Part shown: positions 62,686 to 64,000 of the stretch, one piece after another
How the letters are laid out: each line of letters starts with the position of its first letter
Position numbering within the stretch: the stretch's first letter is position 1
Assembly: GCA_001179505.1 (NCBI GenBank)
Contig: CDMY01000138.1
Location: forward strand, 120,244 to 184,243
Source: Vitrella brassicaformis CCMP3155
Taxonomy: Eukaryota; Protista; Chromerida
Length of the DNA: 64,000 bases
Reading direction: 5' to 3'
Made by a program: the position numbers and the translations under genes
The notes under the pieces: generated by a model
What the model was told of the DNA's origin: nothing
Seen by the model: the letters and a program-made list of their open reading frames with translations, nothing else
Databases searched by the model: none

Positions 62686-63619
62686 TCACTTCGGAACCCA
62701 CTCAAGGGGCTTCTCAGTGTTAAGCTCCTGCGTGAATGTGTCGTGTGCCTTCCCGCCCCCAGGATAGGAGTACGATCCAGGCTGCTTCTCGGCCTCGTCC
62801 AGTGCGGCGAGGAGCTCGTCTGCCGTCGAGTCGGACTTGAAGCGGACGTTGCCCGTCTCCCTGGCCTTGGCGATGTGTCTGTCGATGTCGAAGTCTCCCT
62901 TTTCCTCCTCGGCCTCCTCCTGCTCTCCCTCTTGCTCCTCACGCTCCTCTATCATCACCGCTTCGCAACAAGCGTTGCACATGCATACGGAGGCAGCGGT
63001 GGTCGCGGGAGGGCTGCCTGCTTCCCGCTTCTTCCCCCAAGCTGCCTCCATCCCTCTACCTACCAATTGTTGAAGAGTTGGTTCACTTGGGAGACCGGGG
63101 GTGACTTCATGATGGTGAACTCGCGATTCCCACGGGATGTGCATGGAATCTGCTGGTTCATCGGATCGTCACCCTGCAGCAGCTGCATCGCGTGAGCTGC
63201 TGAGGCTTTCACACCAGCTTCTGTGGGCGTCTGGCGCGTCACGCACTCCTGGCCAGATGGACACGGTCCTCCCTGTTTAGACAGTGTACACGCTGCACAA
63301 GGAGTGAAGCCCCAAGCCAAAGATGCATGGGACAATGTCGGCCGCAAAGGGTGTCTCAATGCAGTGTCTCCCTGTTTTACGCGCTGTACCTGCCGCATCG
63401 GATGCGCACTGGAAGACGACGCCATGCGCAGCGCCGCTCGCCAAGGTCTGGTCATGATTGTGATGATGAGCGGTGTTCCTGACGAAGAAGCTACGCATCT
63501 CAACAGCTGCTCCAGCCCCTGCGTGACACATCGCACAACAATGCATGGTGGGAAGCCAAGCTGGATGAGCGCGTACCGTGCCAGAGAAAGGCAGTGACGA
63601 CAGCAACCACAAGCATCAT
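62686..63619 (-). CDS. Putative secretory-pathway protein with a Cys-rich segment and an acidic stretch; 3' end unresolved
   Basis: ATG at 63619, MMLVVAVVTAFLWH|GAGAAVEMRSFF (signal-peptide-like). Later exons: ACTLSKQGGPCPSGQECVTRQ...IPCTSRGN and CMCNACCEAVMIEEREEQEGEQEEAEEEKGDFDIDRHIAKARETGNVRFK. One splice phase could not be reconciled. Confidence 0.5.
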
Positions 63620-63914
63620 GAACTCAGGATGGCGGAGCGCACCCCCAAAGCCAACTTGAAGATGGAGACGCCCCCAACCGGCCCCCTGGGGCCCTGTGCC
63701 CAGCCGAATTCGAAATCTTCCCACTGCACGAATTCGTTGCCTTGTTGGTCGGTCGCTTTACCCCCTTTTGGGCGTTCATGCCGTCGTTATCCACCCCCTG
63801 TACCACGCGCACAAAGCGCCATCCAACTGTACCAAAGGTCGCAGGAGACGATCTTTGGCCAAGTTGGCAGCCGCTCGTAGCTCGCAACCCCTCTGTCAGA
63901 AGTGCAAGTCGGTC

Positions 63915-63935
63915 CAGGGTTTAGGGTCTAGGGTT
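63915..63935. promoter_or_regulatory. Three degenerate TTTAGGG-type units (telo-box-like)
   Basis: cAGGGTTT AGGGTCT AGGGTT, about 300 nt upstream of the minus-strand ATG at 63619. It shares the exact 11-mer ggtctagggtt with 53653-53663. Confidence 0.45.
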
Positions 63936-64000
63936 CATAGACCGACGATCCACTGATCTGTGAGACAGGACGGCTGTTGAGTCTTTGTCCGTTCCATGAG

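Noticed and set aside
63915-64000. Telomere-like repeats near the window end read as a chromosome end
   Set aside because: Only three degenerate units followed by unique sequence; treated as an internal motif.
1-64000. CRISPR arrays, rRNA, tRNA, transposase or reverse-transcriptase ORFs
   Set aside because: None recognised by eye. Small structured RNAs inside introns cannot be excluded without covariance-model searches.

Overview
Intron-dense eukaryotic genomic DNA. Introns are short (about 55-120 nt, GT-AG) and full of (ACAG)n, (GGAT)n and (GT)n microsatellites; three scaffold gaps of exactly 300 N are present. Sequence style, a bipartite plastid-targeting leader and alveolate-like genes suggest a chromerid such as Vitrella brassicaformis (inference, not verified). 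Genes were assembled by hand from splice sites and reading-phase consistency. Confident calls: alpha-carbonic anhydrase (5' partial), a degenerate F-box-like family gene, a plastid-targeted DUF1995 protein, an Unkempt-like CCCH zinc-finger protein, mitochondrial bL19, cytosolic uL13 (RPL13A), dynein light intermediate chain, and a mitoferrin-type carrier. Less ordinary content: a gustatory-receptor-like/DUF3537-like 7TM channel candidate; a secreted family-3 solute-binding protein present as an intact copy and a pseudogene that differ by one intron with inverted-repeat ends; a DUF2177 membrane protein with five introns; two paralogous multi-pass membrane proteins; a 50% His loop in the mitoferrin; telo-box-like motifs upstream of genes; and a patch of partial gene duplicates next to bL19. 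No CRISPR array, rRNA, tRNA or transposase was recognised. No database searches were run, so all family names come from motif recognition.
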